Shown here: piece after piece, positions 44,281 to 55,708 of the stretch | Position numbering within the stretch: position 1 is the first letter of the stretch | Layout: each line of letters opens with the position of its first letter | NCBI GenBank assembly: GCA_964019335.1 | Contig: OZ025684.1 | Coordinates: 434,001 to 498,000, forward strand | From: Diplonema japonicum | Lineage: Eukaryota > Protista > Euglenozoa: Diplonemea | Direction of reading: 5' to 3' | Length of the DNA stretch: 64,000 nt | Notes under the pieces: generated by a model | What the model saw: the letters and a program-made list of their open reading frames with translations, nothing else | Database searches by the model: none | Told to the model about the DNA's origin: nothing | Position numbers and translations under genes: made by a program

Positions 44281-44488
44281 GAAAACTCGATAAAAATTTC
44301 AGTGTGTATGGGGGTGGGGGGGGGGAGCTCACTGTTCAAGAAGAAAGAAAATTCACTGATGATAGGATTAGCAACGGACCACAAAAAAAAAAAAAAAAAA
44401 AAAAAAAACGTAGTTTGGCGGGATTTACGCTGCCATCAACTAGTTTTTTTTTTTAGTCTCGACAATTAATATTGTTAAAACAAAAAAA
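44281..44488 (-). mobile_element. Stack of short repeats, including the empty-site version of the piggyBac target
   Basis: 44281-44382 matches 19219-19270 and 28641-28683. 44425-44488 matches 3312-3362 joined to 5133 onward. Confidence 0.7.
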
Positions 44489-44528
44489 GGCGGTGGGGGT
44501 GTTCCTATGTTTAACCTCAAGGCAACAG

Positions 44529-47500
44529 CTAAGACCACATAACCTCTGTGGAAGTGCCGTCAAGATGCAGCACAGGGACATGAGTCGATTCCTCTTCCGT
44601 GACCAAGTCAGTGAGGATGACGGCAGGCGATAGGACACTCGCACGGGACAGAGGCGTCAAAGGGTTGGGGGTGCGCTCAGGTGTGAGAAGGTCAGGCGTG
44701 TCCTCTTTCTTATTCTTGGGCTTCTTAACCTTCTCTTTGTTGACAACTTCTTGCTGTTGTTGTTGCTGCACACGAGGGACAGGGTTCACGGAGTCGTAAG
44801 CATTTTCCGCATCCAGTTCTACAGGTGTAGTCTTCTTGTTGCAGTGTGGCAAGCAGCACCACAGCATCGCAAACCCGCATAGTGCCACCAGCAGCCCCGC
44901 TCCTAAGGCTATGTATGTTTCATTCTCATACAATTCGGAGGTCTTCAAGGGGCTGCCCTCGGTCAGGCAGGTGATGTTCACACTGAGCCCCTCGACCACG
45001 CCCTGCGCGTGCATCTCGATCGCACTCTTCTGCTGGCTGCACGACGTACTGTCTGCGTCCACGTTCGCCACCACCGTTGCCAGCCCCGACTGGTCTGTGC
45101 AGTCCCAACACTTCACCTTCACGCCCTTGTCCTGCAGTGTCTGTACTGTGTTCTCGCAATCCTTTTTGATCGGGAACTGCAAAAAGCTCCTTCCTTTGCA
45201 TTTACTCGGAGATGGCGTTACTGTTTATAGTTGACCAACAACCCTTTGTTCATACCAGGTGGTGCAGGGGTAGCAGGGGCATCTGTGTCAGGTGCTCGTG
45301 TGTCAGGTGCTGTTTTTTTTGTTTTTGTTTTTTTTGTTTTGTTCTCCCCCTTTTTTTTTGTTGCTCCTTTCGGTTTTTCTGCGTTTGGCTACACCCCGAT
45401 TTTAGTTCTTGAAAATGCATAGGGCACCCAACAGAGCTCACCCTGCAGGGTGGTGCAGTGACCCACTGGAGAATAAATATCGGCATCCGCTCAACAGAGT
45501 GCCGCGTTCTACTCAAGACTCTTTACTCTTACCAAAAACAGTTTAAGAATTACACACCTGGAGTATCCGGTGCCGGTGTGTCAGGTGCTGGAGTGTCAGG
45601 TGCCGGTGTGTCGGGTGCTGGAGTGTCTGGTGCCGGTGTGTTAGGTGCTGGGGTATCAGGCGCTGGGGTGTCAGGTGCTGGTGTGTCGGGTGCTGGAGTA
45701 TCGGGTGCCGGTGTGTCAGGCGCAGGTGTATCGGGCGCTGGTGTGTCTGGTGCTGGGGTATCAGGTGCCGGTGTGTCAGGTGCTGGAGTATCAGGTGCCG
45801 GTGTATCGGGCGCTGGAGTGTCAGGCGCCGATGTGTCGGGCGCTGGGGTGTCGGGTGCTGGAGTATCCGGTGCTGGAGTATCGGGAGCTGGAGTGTCTGG
45901 TGCTGGAGTATCGGGTGCCGGTGTATCGGGCGCTGGGGTATCGGGTGCCGGTGTATCAGGTGCCGGGGTGTCGGGTGCCGGTGTATCGGGCGCCGGAGTA
46001 TCAGGTGCTGGTGTATCAGGTGCCGGTGTATCGGGTGCTGGAGTGTCGGGTGCTGGAGTATCAGGTGCTGGTGTATCGGGTGCCGGTGTATCGGGCGCTG
46101 GAGTGTCGGGTGCTGGAGTATCGGGTGCCGGTGTATCGGGCGCTGGAGTGTCGGGTGCTGGAGTATCAGGTGCCGGTGTATCGGGTGCTGGAGTGTCGGG
46201 TGCTGGAGTATCGGGTGCCGGTGTATCGGGCGCTGGAGTGTCGGGTGCTGGAGTATCAGGTGCTGGAGTATCGGGTGCCGGTGTATCGGGCGCTGGGGTA
46301 TCGGGTGCCGGTGTATCAGGTGCCGGGGTGTCGGGTGCCGGTGTATCGGGCGCCGGAGTATCAGGTGCTGGTGTATCAGGTGCCGGTGTATCGGGTGCTG
46401 GAGTGTCGGGTGCTGGAGTATCAGGTGCTGGTGTATCGGGTGCCGGTGTATCGGGCGCTGGAGTGTCGGGTGCTGGAGTATCGGGTGCCGGTGTATCGGG
46501 CGCCGGTGTATCGGGCGCTGGAGTGTCGGGTGCTGGAGTATCAGGTGCCGGTGTATCAGGTGCTGGAGTATCGGGTGCCGGTGTATCGGGCGCTGGAGTG
46601 TCGGGTGCTGGAGTATCAGGTGCCGGTGTATCGGGTGCTGGAGTGTCGGGTGCTGGAGTATCGGGTGCCGGTGTATCGGGCGCCGGGGTGTCGGGTGCTG
46701 GAGTATCAGGTGCCGGTGTATCAGGTGCTGGAGTATCGGGTGCCGGTGTATCGGGCGCTGGAGTGTCGGGTGCTGGAGTATCAGGTGCCGGTGTATCGGG
46801 TGCTGGAGTGTCGGGTGCTGGAGTATCGGGTGCCGGTGTATCGGGCGCCGGGGTGTCGGGTGCTGGAGTATCAGGTGCTGGTGTATCAGGTGCTGGAGTA
46901 TCCGGAGCTGGGGTGTCGGGTGCCGGTGTATCAGGTGCTGGGGTGTCGGGTGCTGGAGTATCTGGTGCTGGTGTATCAGGTGCAGGAGTATCGGGTGCTG
47001 GGGTGTCGGGTGCCGGAGTGTCGGGCGCAGGTGTATCAGGTGCCGGTGTGTCGGGTGCTGGGGTGTCGGGTGCCGGTGTATCGGGCGCTGGGGTGTCAGG
47101 CGCCGGTGTGTCAGGAGCTGGTGTTTCAGGCGCTGGGGTGTCGGGTGCCGGTGTATCAGGTGCTGGAGTGTCGGGCGCTGAGGTGTCGGGTGCCGGTGTA
47201 TCGGGAGCTGGGGTGTCGGGTGCCGGAGTGTCAGGAGCTGGTGTATCAGGCGCTGGGGTGTCGGGTGCTGGTGTGTCGGGTGCCGGTGTATCGGGCGCTG
47301 GGGTGTCAGGCGCAGGTGTATCAGGTGCCGGAGTTTCGGGCGCTGGAGTGTCGGGTGCTGGAGTGTCGGGTGCCGGTGTGTCAGGTGCCGGGGTGTCGGG
47401 TGCTGGGGTGTCGGGTGCCGGTGTATCAGGTGCTGGAGTGTCAGGCGCCGGTGTGTCAGGAGCTGGTGTATCAGGTGCTGGAGTATCGGGCGCTGGAGTG

Positions 47501-48603
47501 TCGGGTGCTGGAGTATCAGGCGCAGGAGTAGGGGGGTCAGGCCACGTGCATGCCGTGTAGTCAGTTGACGACAGCCAGTTCCCGCCCGATGCACACGTGA
47601 TCAGCCCGGGACTCACCTGAGTTCCTTTATTAGAACATTTGTACTGGCACTGGGTACCTACCTCAGTGAAAGTCGCGCAGGGAGGAGCGACGCCGATCAC
47701 ATTGGTGTGGATGCCCGCCATATTTCCAATGGACGCAGAAGGCAGCTCACAGACTTCAGAGCTGGTGCACGTGAAGTAGTTGCTCCAGCTGGCCGTGCCG
47801 TCCCCGTTGTCTTGGCAGACAATCTTACCGACTTTGTTGTGCAAAGCGTTGCACTGCACATGGCAGACAGTGCCTGCATAGATGTCATAAGAGGAACCGT
47901 CGCAGCCGATGAGTGAGGACGAGACAGTGTTAGCGAGGAGTGAGGCGGAAGGGGTGGAAGTGCACTTGGAGCTAGAAGTGATGACACTGATATCGAAATA
48001 CCAGTGATTGCTAGAGGACAGGCCGCATGGGAGGTAAGAAGAACCACCTGGGGCGAGGTTGATGTCGGTGTCGGTGGTCCATGTTTCATAAGTCCCACTG
48101 CCGTCGATGGCATTGGGGAGCACGACCATGTACCAGTTGTTGATTTTGTTGGTGTAGCAGCTTGAAGGGGTTTGCGAGCCGATGCGACCTAGTGCGGTGT
48201 TTGCAGGCCCGTTCGTGTCCCTGTTGTAGCACGTCACCACGCTGTCTGAGAACAGGGCAGTGTTGCCGTCCCTGTCCTGTGTCCCTAAGCAGTGATGCTT
48301 CAGGTGGGAAGTGAATTCGTCATTGGTGTTACTCCCCGTCATGGTTTGAACAGAACTAGACACATCGCAAAAGTCACCAAAGGATGCACTCACTACTGTT
48401 CCCGTCGGTGCTTTGATGTAGCCAGTCCCGGGCACCACCCCACCTACCCCAGGGGAAAAATGGTACGTTCCCAACCACAACGTGAAAGCTCCTGGTGTCT
48501 GCGGTGAGCTGCTGCTGCACACTACCTGTAAGTGCCCATCAGCTTCCCGTATTAACACCGATAAACATAAGAAAACGACAAAGGCTGTACGCACGAAGTA
48601 CAT
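44529..48603 (-). CDS. Mucin-like type I membrane glycoprotein; exons 48603-45558, 45309-45256, 45220-44529
   Basis: Signal peptide (MYFVRT...), Cys-rich sushi-like modules, ~131 PDTPA repeats. Two phase-1 GT-AG introns (248 and 35 nt) join it in frame to a juxtamembrane domain, TM (IALGAGLLVALCGFAMLW) and cytosolic tail. Confidence 0.85.
45558..47530 (-). repeat. Coding 15-bp tandem repeat (PDTPA)n, about 131 units
   Basis: Directly visible; variation almost entirely synonymous; 45901-46140 recurs at 46261-46500. Confidence 0.97.
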
Positions 48604-49778
48604 TATTCCATACTTATAATTGTAAAGAAAAGGGAATGAGAGGAGGGGAGGAAGGAATAATGGAGGTATGCCTGGAGGGGGGTTTCTTTTTATTGGGGGG
48701 GGGTGTGTCAGTCCTTCCCAAACTGTTCCGGGAATTGAACCTAACAGGTTCTCAAAGGGAAAAAAATGCATAAACTTGCCATTGAGTGCAAGGGGTGACA
48801 ATTTTCCAAAAAGACGGAAGGGTTGGCTCTTGCATATGGAACGCTTGAGAAAGTCCTTCCCGACCAACCTTTAATTTTCCTTTAAGCAAGTCCAGTATTT
48901 ACCAGACTGGTTTAGAGATATGGGCCACGGAGAGCACAATGAGCCTTCCCCTGGTTTTTCGAAATCGAAAAGGGTCCACTATTTACGATATTTCCATATA
49001 CCATAGAAATGGATCATTTCTTTTTTTTTTTTTTTTTTTTTTTTTTGAAAACGCGATATTTGTAACAAGAAAAATAGAAATACCAATTTACCGCCAAAAC
49101 AAAAGTAAGGAGCACAAAATTAAGGGGGGACTATAAGGGGTGATACAATGGGGAAGCAAGAGAGCGGGGGGGAGAAGACAACAAGTAAATAGGGTTGAAC
49201 TTGCCATAGCACATCTGCTGACCTTCAGCTCTACCTCTTGCGCACGTTTCCCGAAAAGAAAAAAAAAGGGGGGGGTGCAGTGTGTTGCCTTTTTTAACGA
49301 TTCTGGTTTCCATATTTAAAGAAAATATTTTTTTTTTTTTGTATTCTTTTCTTTTTCCGTTTTCCTTTTACTCGGGGGAAAGAAAGAAAAAAAGATCGGA
49401 GTTGGGGGAATGCCAAAGAGAGAACAACAAAGAGTGAGCTGATAAGGTGGGGAATCACAACGATGGGGGAAGTGTGCTAGCAACGAAAAAAAACCCCACC
49501 AAACAAAAAACAAAAAAAAATATCGCCCTTCCCCCAGAAAATAATTGAAATATTAATCAAAAAAAAAAAAAAACACAAAGAAGCATCAAAGAACTTGTGC
49601 CGTGAGATTTCTTTTTTTGTGGCAACAACAACACATCAAGATTATAAAAAGGGAGAAGTGGGGGGGGGGCTTATACTGAGGGAACATAAATACAAACAGG
49701 TTTTTCTTGATTCTTATTTTCTTCCAAATTCTTTCACAAACAAAAACAAATTTAAAAAAAAAAAAAAAAAACTACGCT

Positions 49779-52298
49779 CTATGTCAACACCACCTTACCC
49801 TGTGTAAGGTCTATTTCTACACGTTTGTATGACGGGGTGGTGTTGCTCCCTATAACTGCCTGCCGAGGAGAGCGACGAAACTTTGTAGGGCTACTACTAC
49901 TGGCTAAACTAGGTGAAGGTTGATTCTGCTGGTAGCGATAGGCACTGGTAGGCAACACCCGCCTCCTACCGCTGCTGATCACGGAAGCTTGCCCTGTGAC
50001 CAGCTCGTGTTGCGGGATCTGAGGTTCCGGAGAAGCAACTTCATACTCCCCTTCAAAAACCGGAGTGGGGTCCATAGGTGGCCCACCTACAGCCACATAT
50101 GGCGGTCGTTGAATTAGCTTTTGGTTCTGCTGAGTCTCTCGTAGGCTCCCTAGTAAAGTACAAAGAAGCTCTTCTGTCCTCGTCTGCCTGTCAACCAGCT
50201 GTGCCACTGCATGCATGATGGTCCCATAGGCACCGCCTGTCCCGCTGTTGTACACTTCGACAGGTGCTTCTTCATCGCTTGTTGTTTCAAGTTGCTTTTC
50301 GGGAACAGCAGACACTTCCTCCACCACATACCCTTCGTCGATGGTGCTAGGAGGGACGGACGGCGGGGGTGGGGGGATGCTGTCGCGTTGGCGATTCGCA
50401 TTTGACGTTTTCGCCACAGATGACTGCGGTGGGGGCAATGTGGATGGCTGCGGCTCCTCCTCAAACCGCACGCAGATCTCGCCTCCTATTCTCGTCAGCT
50501 CCATGTACTCCCGCACCGTGTACACAGGGTGGTCGCCGATGTGCGTTATTTTTCGGTTCAGATACTCGCCCACCCCAGCACGATCCGCCGCACCCCCTGC
50601 ATCGAAACCCGCAACCTTGAAATGCTCCAAATGAATCCCAAGTTCCTCGCCAGCAGTTTTTGTAACATACAACGTGTCCCTGTCGTTAGGGGTCGGTGGG
50701 GGGAGCTTTGGCTGGGAGGCTTGGTGTGGGGGAGGCTCTTCTATGCGGTCGGGGTTCACAGCGGGGATGGGTTGCGGTGGTGCCGAGGCGGTGACGGTGG
50801 GCGGCAGGGACGGTGGGGGCGGAGGGACCTCGGGTTCGCTCTCCTCGTTTCGGAGTTTCAAGACAAACTTCTTCTTATCTTTCATCATGTTCACCACATC
50901 GGCATAGGTTGCAACCTTCGCACTGTCAACTGCAACGATGGTCTTCCCCACCAGTTGCTGGGGGTCGAGCCCTTCCTCGCGGACGATGGGCGCAGCAGCA
51001 CTGACATTCATAATTTTCAAGTATTTCAAATCGATACCGAGCGGAACCGCGGCGTTCTCCCTGTCGACTCTCACGAGGATCTCATTCTTCTCTAGTTTTT
51101 CGGTGGTCTCCTGTTGATTTTCCGACTGCTTGGCGGCGGCTACATCATTGGTCTTCACACTCGGGTTATTCTTCTTGTCGGCTGCTCGCTGTGCGGAGGG
51201 AAGCTCGGACATCATAAGGACCAGACGTTCCTTCCCCTCGCACTCCTTGACTAGGTGCGTCTCGTTCGCGACCTCTTTGCCGTCAACATGGGTGATGTAT
51301 GTTTTTACAAACCCCAACCCGCCCGCCCGCGCTGCGGGTGAGTGTCGTTCTACTCCTGATAACTGGATGCCGCTTGAAGCGGTTGATGTGAAATCGATGC
51401 CAAGCGGTTCTTCTAAGGAGCGTGTGATGATGAGCCTGTCTCGGAGGCCAACAGTAGCTTCGACCTGTTTCGACTCCCCCACAATCTCCATGACGTCGCG
51501 TGTGAAAGCAACGGGCCTCCCAGACACCTCAATGAGCGACAGCCCTCTGTATTTTTCAATCCCCGCGGCCTCCGCAGGACTCTTTGGAACCCCACCCTTG
51601 ATGACAAGGCCTTTCATGTCTATTCCAAAACTGGACGATGAGGACGCCCTTGTTAAGGTTAGTTGGAATGGCGGGTCGCCTGCCACGTGTGCGGGCTTCT
51701 TAAAGACGGGTTCGGGCGGCACGGGTGGTGGGTCCGACCGTACTTCGTGTAGCTTTCCAGACTCCAGTTTTTTCTTCGGTGTTTTGTACGCGCTCTTGTT
51801 GTGGTTCCCAGCGTTCCGAAGTGCGTCCATCGTCGGGTACTTTACCAAAGGGAGCAAGGTTGTCCGAAACCGCCCCCTGATGTCATTGAGAACCCCACAG
51901 ACCTTCCACACATTCTCTGACGGTGGATGGCACGGATGGTTCATTGGTTCCCAGACGAGTGATATCTCAGAGGTGTCTCTGAAGGAGGCCATGAAGCGCA
52001 TAGATGTGCCTGCCTGAAAGTATCCCAGGGACTCTATATCAGAAGCATGCACCGCTCGGCTCACTGATCCGTTTTCCCTGCACAGCAACACTCTGTTCAT
52101 GAATATCACCAGCACCCTCTTCGCGAGCTTCTGCCGCGTGCTCACCTTGTTCACGTACCGTACAAGGCACACCTTCGCCGTAGCTGACTTTGGATTGAAC
52201 TTCGATAACTCCGACGGCACAGGCTCCAGGACAGGCATCTTTGGCTGCGGCATCGTTGTTTCCCCTGGCCTGGGGCCTTGGTACTCGCCTGACGCCAT
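49779..52298 (-). CDS. Scaffold protein with N-terminal PH-like domain and about four PDZ-like domains
   Basis: VNKV...KRVLVI...LLCRENGSVSR; SFGID, PLGID (twice) and ELGIH loops, several followed by SPA/AA...G motifs. ATG (MASG) at 52298. Confidence 0.8.
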   Translation of the reverse strand: MASGEYQGPRPGETTMPQPKMPVLEPVPSELSKFNPKSATAKVCLVRYVNKVSTRQKLAKRVLVIFMNRVLLCRENGSVSRAVHASDIESLGYFQAGTSMRFMASFRDTSEISLVWEPMNHPCHPPSENVWKVCGVLNDIRGRFRTTLLPLVKYPTMDALRNAGNHNKSAYKTPKKKLESGKLHEVRSDPPPVPPEPVFKKPAHVAGDPPFQLTLTRASSSSSFGIDMKGLVIKGGVPKSPAEAAGIEKYRGLSLIEVSGRPVAFTRDVMEIVGESKQVEATVGLRDRLIITRSLEEPLGIDFTSTASSGIQLSGVERHSPAARAGGLGFVKTYITHVDGKEVANETHLVKECEGKERLVLMMSELPSAQRAADKKNNPSVKTNDVAAAKQSENQQETTEKLEKNEILVRVDRENAAVPLGIDLKYLKIMNVSAAAPIVREEGLDPQQLVGKTIVAVDSAKVATYADVVNMMKDKKKFVLKLRNEESEPEVPPPPPSLPPTVTASAPPQPIPAVNPDRIEEPPPHQASQPKLPPPTPNDRDTLYVTKTAGEELGIHLEHFKVAGFDAGGAADRAGVGEYLNRKITHIGDHPVYTVREYMELTRIGGEICVRFEEEPQPSTLPPPQSSVAKTSNANRQRDSIPPPPPSVPPSTIDEGYVVEEVSAVPEKQLETTSDEEAPVEVYNSGTGGAYGTIMHAVAQLVDRQTRTEELLCTLLGSLRETQQNQKLIQRPPYVAVGGPPMDPTPVFEGEYEVASPEPQIPQHELVTGQASVISSGRRRVLPTSAYRYQQNQPSPSLASSSSPTKFRRSPRQAVIGSNTTPSYKRVEIDLTQGKVVLT

Positions 52299-52320
52299 GC
52301 TGCCCCTGTTGTGGTAGTTC

Positions 52321-52359
<39 letters not shown>

Positions 52360-52734
52360 TTGGTAAAACATAAATATATATGGGTTAAAGGAAGTTTTTT
52401 GTTGAGATGCCCCCTCGTTCTCATCCATAAAAAAAATAAAAAAAACAAACTTTTTTTTTGTCGTTTTCGGGATTTCTTCCTTTTCCCGATTATTTTAGAA
52501 CAATGAAAAAAGAAAAAGACAAACGTTTGATGGGGGGGGGGGGGGGTGCTTATTAAACAAAATTACGACACTTCTCTCCCCCCCCCCCCCCCCTCCCCCC
52601 CCAATCCTAAAAACACCATGAGAAAAGAGAGAAAAAAAAGGGCGGGGTTTAAATCAAAAGCATAGGTGTTGCCCAGATTTCTTATTTTTCCCTTCCTTCT
52701 TTTTTTTAAAATTCCTCCTTAATACCCACCCCCC

Positions 52735-53979
52735 TCACAATTTCTCAGCCTGCCTTAACGCCTGTCGTGCGGCAAGATCGATCAAGATCTCCTCCGACCC
52801 ACCGGGGACCGCGATGGCACGGACCCTACGGTACATCCGTTCTACTATGATACCCTTGCCCTCTTTTACAATGGAGGAGCCGCCAAAGATCTGAGAGGCT
52901 TCTCTGGCGCAGTACTCCATACACTTGGTGCTTTGGACCTTAAGAAGAGCACATTGCATGCCGAGCTCTTGGTCAGGTACACCTTTCGAGAAGAGGAAAG
53001 CGACACGCTCTGTAAAGTCCTGCGTCGCCTCAATCTGCTGCACCATGCAAGACAGCTTGAAACGGACCATCTGGTGGTCGATTAAACGCTTTCCGAAGGT
53101 TTTTCTTGTCATGGAGTACTTAAAAGCTTCCGTGTAGCATACACGTGATGACCTTGCCGCCTCGACCGCAAGCACGAACCGTTCATGGTTGAAGTTGTAC
53201 ATGATGTACTTGAAACCTTTGTTCTCCTCGCCGATGAGGTACGCCTTGTGCACCCTGACGTTGTTGAAAGTGACGAATGTGGTAGAGTTTGCGGAGTCGA
53301 ATTGTGTGGGCATTTTACGGACGGAGATCCCAGGGAGCTGTCTGTTGATGCAAAGCAACGAGACGCCATTCATGCCCTGTGCTCCTGTCCGAACAAGGGT
53401 CGTGAAGTAGTCCGCCATCATCCCGCCAGTGATCCATTTCTTGTAACCAGTGACCACATAGTAGTCCCCATCCATAGCAGCTTTGCATTGAATGTTGCCA
53501 ACATCTGAACCTGCCCCGGGTTCTGAAATCGCTAAACAAATATTCTTCTTGCCGTCGCATACATCAGCATACACCTCGTTCTTTAACTTCTGGCTTCCGT
53601 AGTGCAATATAGGGGGCAGTGCCATGCTGTTGATGGCGAGCTGTTCGAGGATGTTTCCCCCGCCGACCCTTGCGATTTCGTCCAAGGTGATCAGCTCGTA
53701 AAACTGGTCGAAGTCGTCAGTCCCGCCCAGTTTTTTTGGTACCCTCACCAGGCCTGCCTTCCTCGCCTTTTGGTGGAGTTCCTTGTAAGGATACTCACCT
53801 TTCTTGATCCATTCTTCCGCGTGCGGCATGATTTCAACTTCGCAGAAGTCCCTCACGGTCGCCCTGTGTTCCCTGTGCTTGTTTGTGTAGTACGGGCTCG
53901 GCGACCCTTGGTACCATGACGGCTCTGCGAAAGGAGTCTGGTCACCAAAGCAGTCGCGTTTTGCCAGCGGCTGTGCCAT
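52735..53979 (-). CDS. Acyl-CoA dehydrogenase (414 aa)
   Basis: CLAISEPGAGSDV, GYKKWITGG, FNHERF, RKTFGKRL, QIFGG, GGSEEI. Confidence 0.95.
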   Translation of the reverse strand: MAQPLAKRDCFGDQTPFAEPSWYQGSPSPYYTNKHREHRATVRDFCEVEIMPHAEEWIKKGEYPYKELHQKARKAGLVRVPKKLGGTDDFDQFYELITLDEIARVGGGNILEQLAINSMALPPILHYGSQKLKNEVYADVCDGKKNICLAISEPGAGSDVGNIQCKAAMDGDYYVVTGYKKWITGGMMADYFTTLVRTGAQGMNGVSLLCINRQLPGISVRKMPTQFDSANSTTFVTFNNVRVHKAYLIGEENKGFKYIMYNFNHERFVLAVEAARSSRVCYTEAFKYSMTRKTFGKRLIDHQMVRFKLSCMVQQIEATQDFTERVAFLFSKGVPDQELGMQCALLKVQSTKCMEYCAREASQIFGGSSIVKEGKGIIVERMYRRVRAIAVPGGSEEILIDLAARQALRQAEKL

Positions 53980-54370
53980 TTTTTTTTCTCCTTTTTTTTC
54001 TTTTTTTTGTTAGCCCGCCCACGGAGGATGCAGGAAAAAAAAAAAAAAAAAAAAAAAAAAAAGAAGGAAAGTACGATAAACACGAGACAGAAAGAAGAAA
54101 GAAAGGGGGGGGGGGGGGGGGGGGTAAGTGAGCGGGGGTAAGGATTCTCCAGCTGAGCATTACCTACCAAGTAGTAAATGCGTTTTTTTTTTTTTACCCT
54201 TGGTTTCATTTGTAATCAACTACATTGTGGTTCACGGAATTTTCTTTTTTTTTTTTTGCCGTGGAATTGTGGCGGTCTACGATGTTAAGATGATGGCGGT
54301 GCTCAGAGAAACGTTGTAATCAAAAAAAAAAAAGATAATTCTTGCGACTTATGTCTTTGTTGGTCGCACG

Positions 54371-54412
<42 letters not shown>

Positions 54413-54420
54413 TTAGAAGA

Positions 54421-54457
<37 letters not shown>

Positions 54458-54595
54458 TCTAAAACTTTCAGCTCGGCACACAAAGTTGCCATAAGATACT
54501 TACCAAAAAAAAAAAAAAAAAAAAAGTTTTCCGCCGCAAAAGCAGGCTTGAATATGGGTTTTTTTTTCTTTTTTTTTTTTTTAATTTTTTCTTTA

Positions 54596-55708
54596 TCACA
54601 TCAGAAATTTCGCATAAGCCATGGCGGCTGCAAGCGCAAACGCAGCAAGCCCCACAATGGGCTTCCTGTAACACGCGTACACGAACACATGGCGGCTCGC
54701 CATCATGGGCAGCACCAGGAGCACCCAGAAGGGCTTCGTGTACACCAAGCGGGGGCACAACCTCGTCCAGAAATCAAAGAAAACGGCATCGGCCCCGACG
54801 AGGATACGCGTGCTGTTCTTCGCAACACCTGTGAGGATGATATTCGCAGCCTCAGGCGCAGTGACAGGTGCACGCTCCTTGAACAGCTTCCCAGCTAATA
54901 CACGAAGCTCGGCATCGGTAGTGGTCTCATCGAACTTCATCCCAGCAACACGGAGCAGCGCACAGACTCTTGATCGGTTTTGCTTGGCGGCATCGGAGTT
55001 CGGATCTATCCTGTCTGCAATGGTACTGGACGACAAGATATCAGTCCCAACATGCCCCGGGTGGACACAGGTCACAACGATGTTGGGATTGCTGGTAGCA
55101 AGCTCTACCATCAGCGATTCGGTAAATCCCCGCACAGCAAACTTCGCTGCAATATAAGGGTGGTTCGGTTCTGTTAGAGAGATGCACGATAAAAACCCGT
55201 TCAAAGAGGACAAGTTGATGATACCAGCTTCTTCAGTAGCAGGGACGTTTAAGACGAGTGGTATCCATTGCCTGACAGTGTTCACCACACCGTGGAAGTC
55301 GACATTGAAGACTTTGTCCCAAAGCTCCTTGGAGGTGGTGAGGAAGCCTTTCCCTCCTGCTATGCCCGCGTTGCACACCATGAAGTGGAGGTCGGTGCGG
55401 TTGTGGTTGACCTTGTACTCCTCCGCCCACTCTTTTAGTTGTTCTTCCTTAGTCACGTCCACTATTCTTGTGGTGATTTTGAACCCGTCGATTTTTGTCG
55501 TCTCCATGTTGCACAGTGTTACAGTGTCGGCGAGGCCTTCAGCGTTCATGTCACAGATGGTGATGTCCTTCACACCGCTTCTTGCCATTAAGATGGCCAT
55601 CTCACGCCCCATTCCTGCTGCCGCACCTGTTATCATGGCCGATTTGCCCTTGAACTTCCTCTCCAAGATTGTCTTGTTGGTCCTGAATATGTTGAAAATG
55701 CAATCCAT
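54596..55708 (-). CDS. Short-chain dehydrogenase/reductase with hydrophobic C-terminal anchor
   Basis: TGAAAGMG, NAG, INLSS, YIAAK, VHPGHVGT. ATG (MDCIF) at 55708. Confidence 0.93.
   Translation of the reverse strand: MDCIFNIFRTNKTILERKFKGKSAMITGAAAGMGREMAILMARSGVKDITICDMNAEGLADTVTLCNMETTKIDGFKITTRIVDVTKEEQLKEWAEEYKVNHNRTDLHFMVCNAGIAGGKGFLTTSKELWDKVFNVDFHGVVNTVRQWIPLVLNVPATEEAGIINLSSLNGFLSCISLTEPNHPYIAAKFAVRGFTESLMVELATSNPNIVVTCVHPGHVGTDILSSSTIADRIDPNSDAAKQNRSRVCALLRVAGMKFDETTTDAELRVLAGKLFKERAPVTAPEAANIILTGVAKNSTRILVGADAVFFDFWTRLCPRLVYTKPFWVLLVLPMMASRHVFVYACYRKPIVGLAAFALAAAMAYAKFLM

Noticed and set aside
45458-47560. 700-aa silk-like (GAGVS)n ORF and other long frames over the array
   Set aside because: These are shadows of the stop-free PDTPA repeat. 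Only the minus frame has a signal peptide, flanking domains and a membrane anchor.
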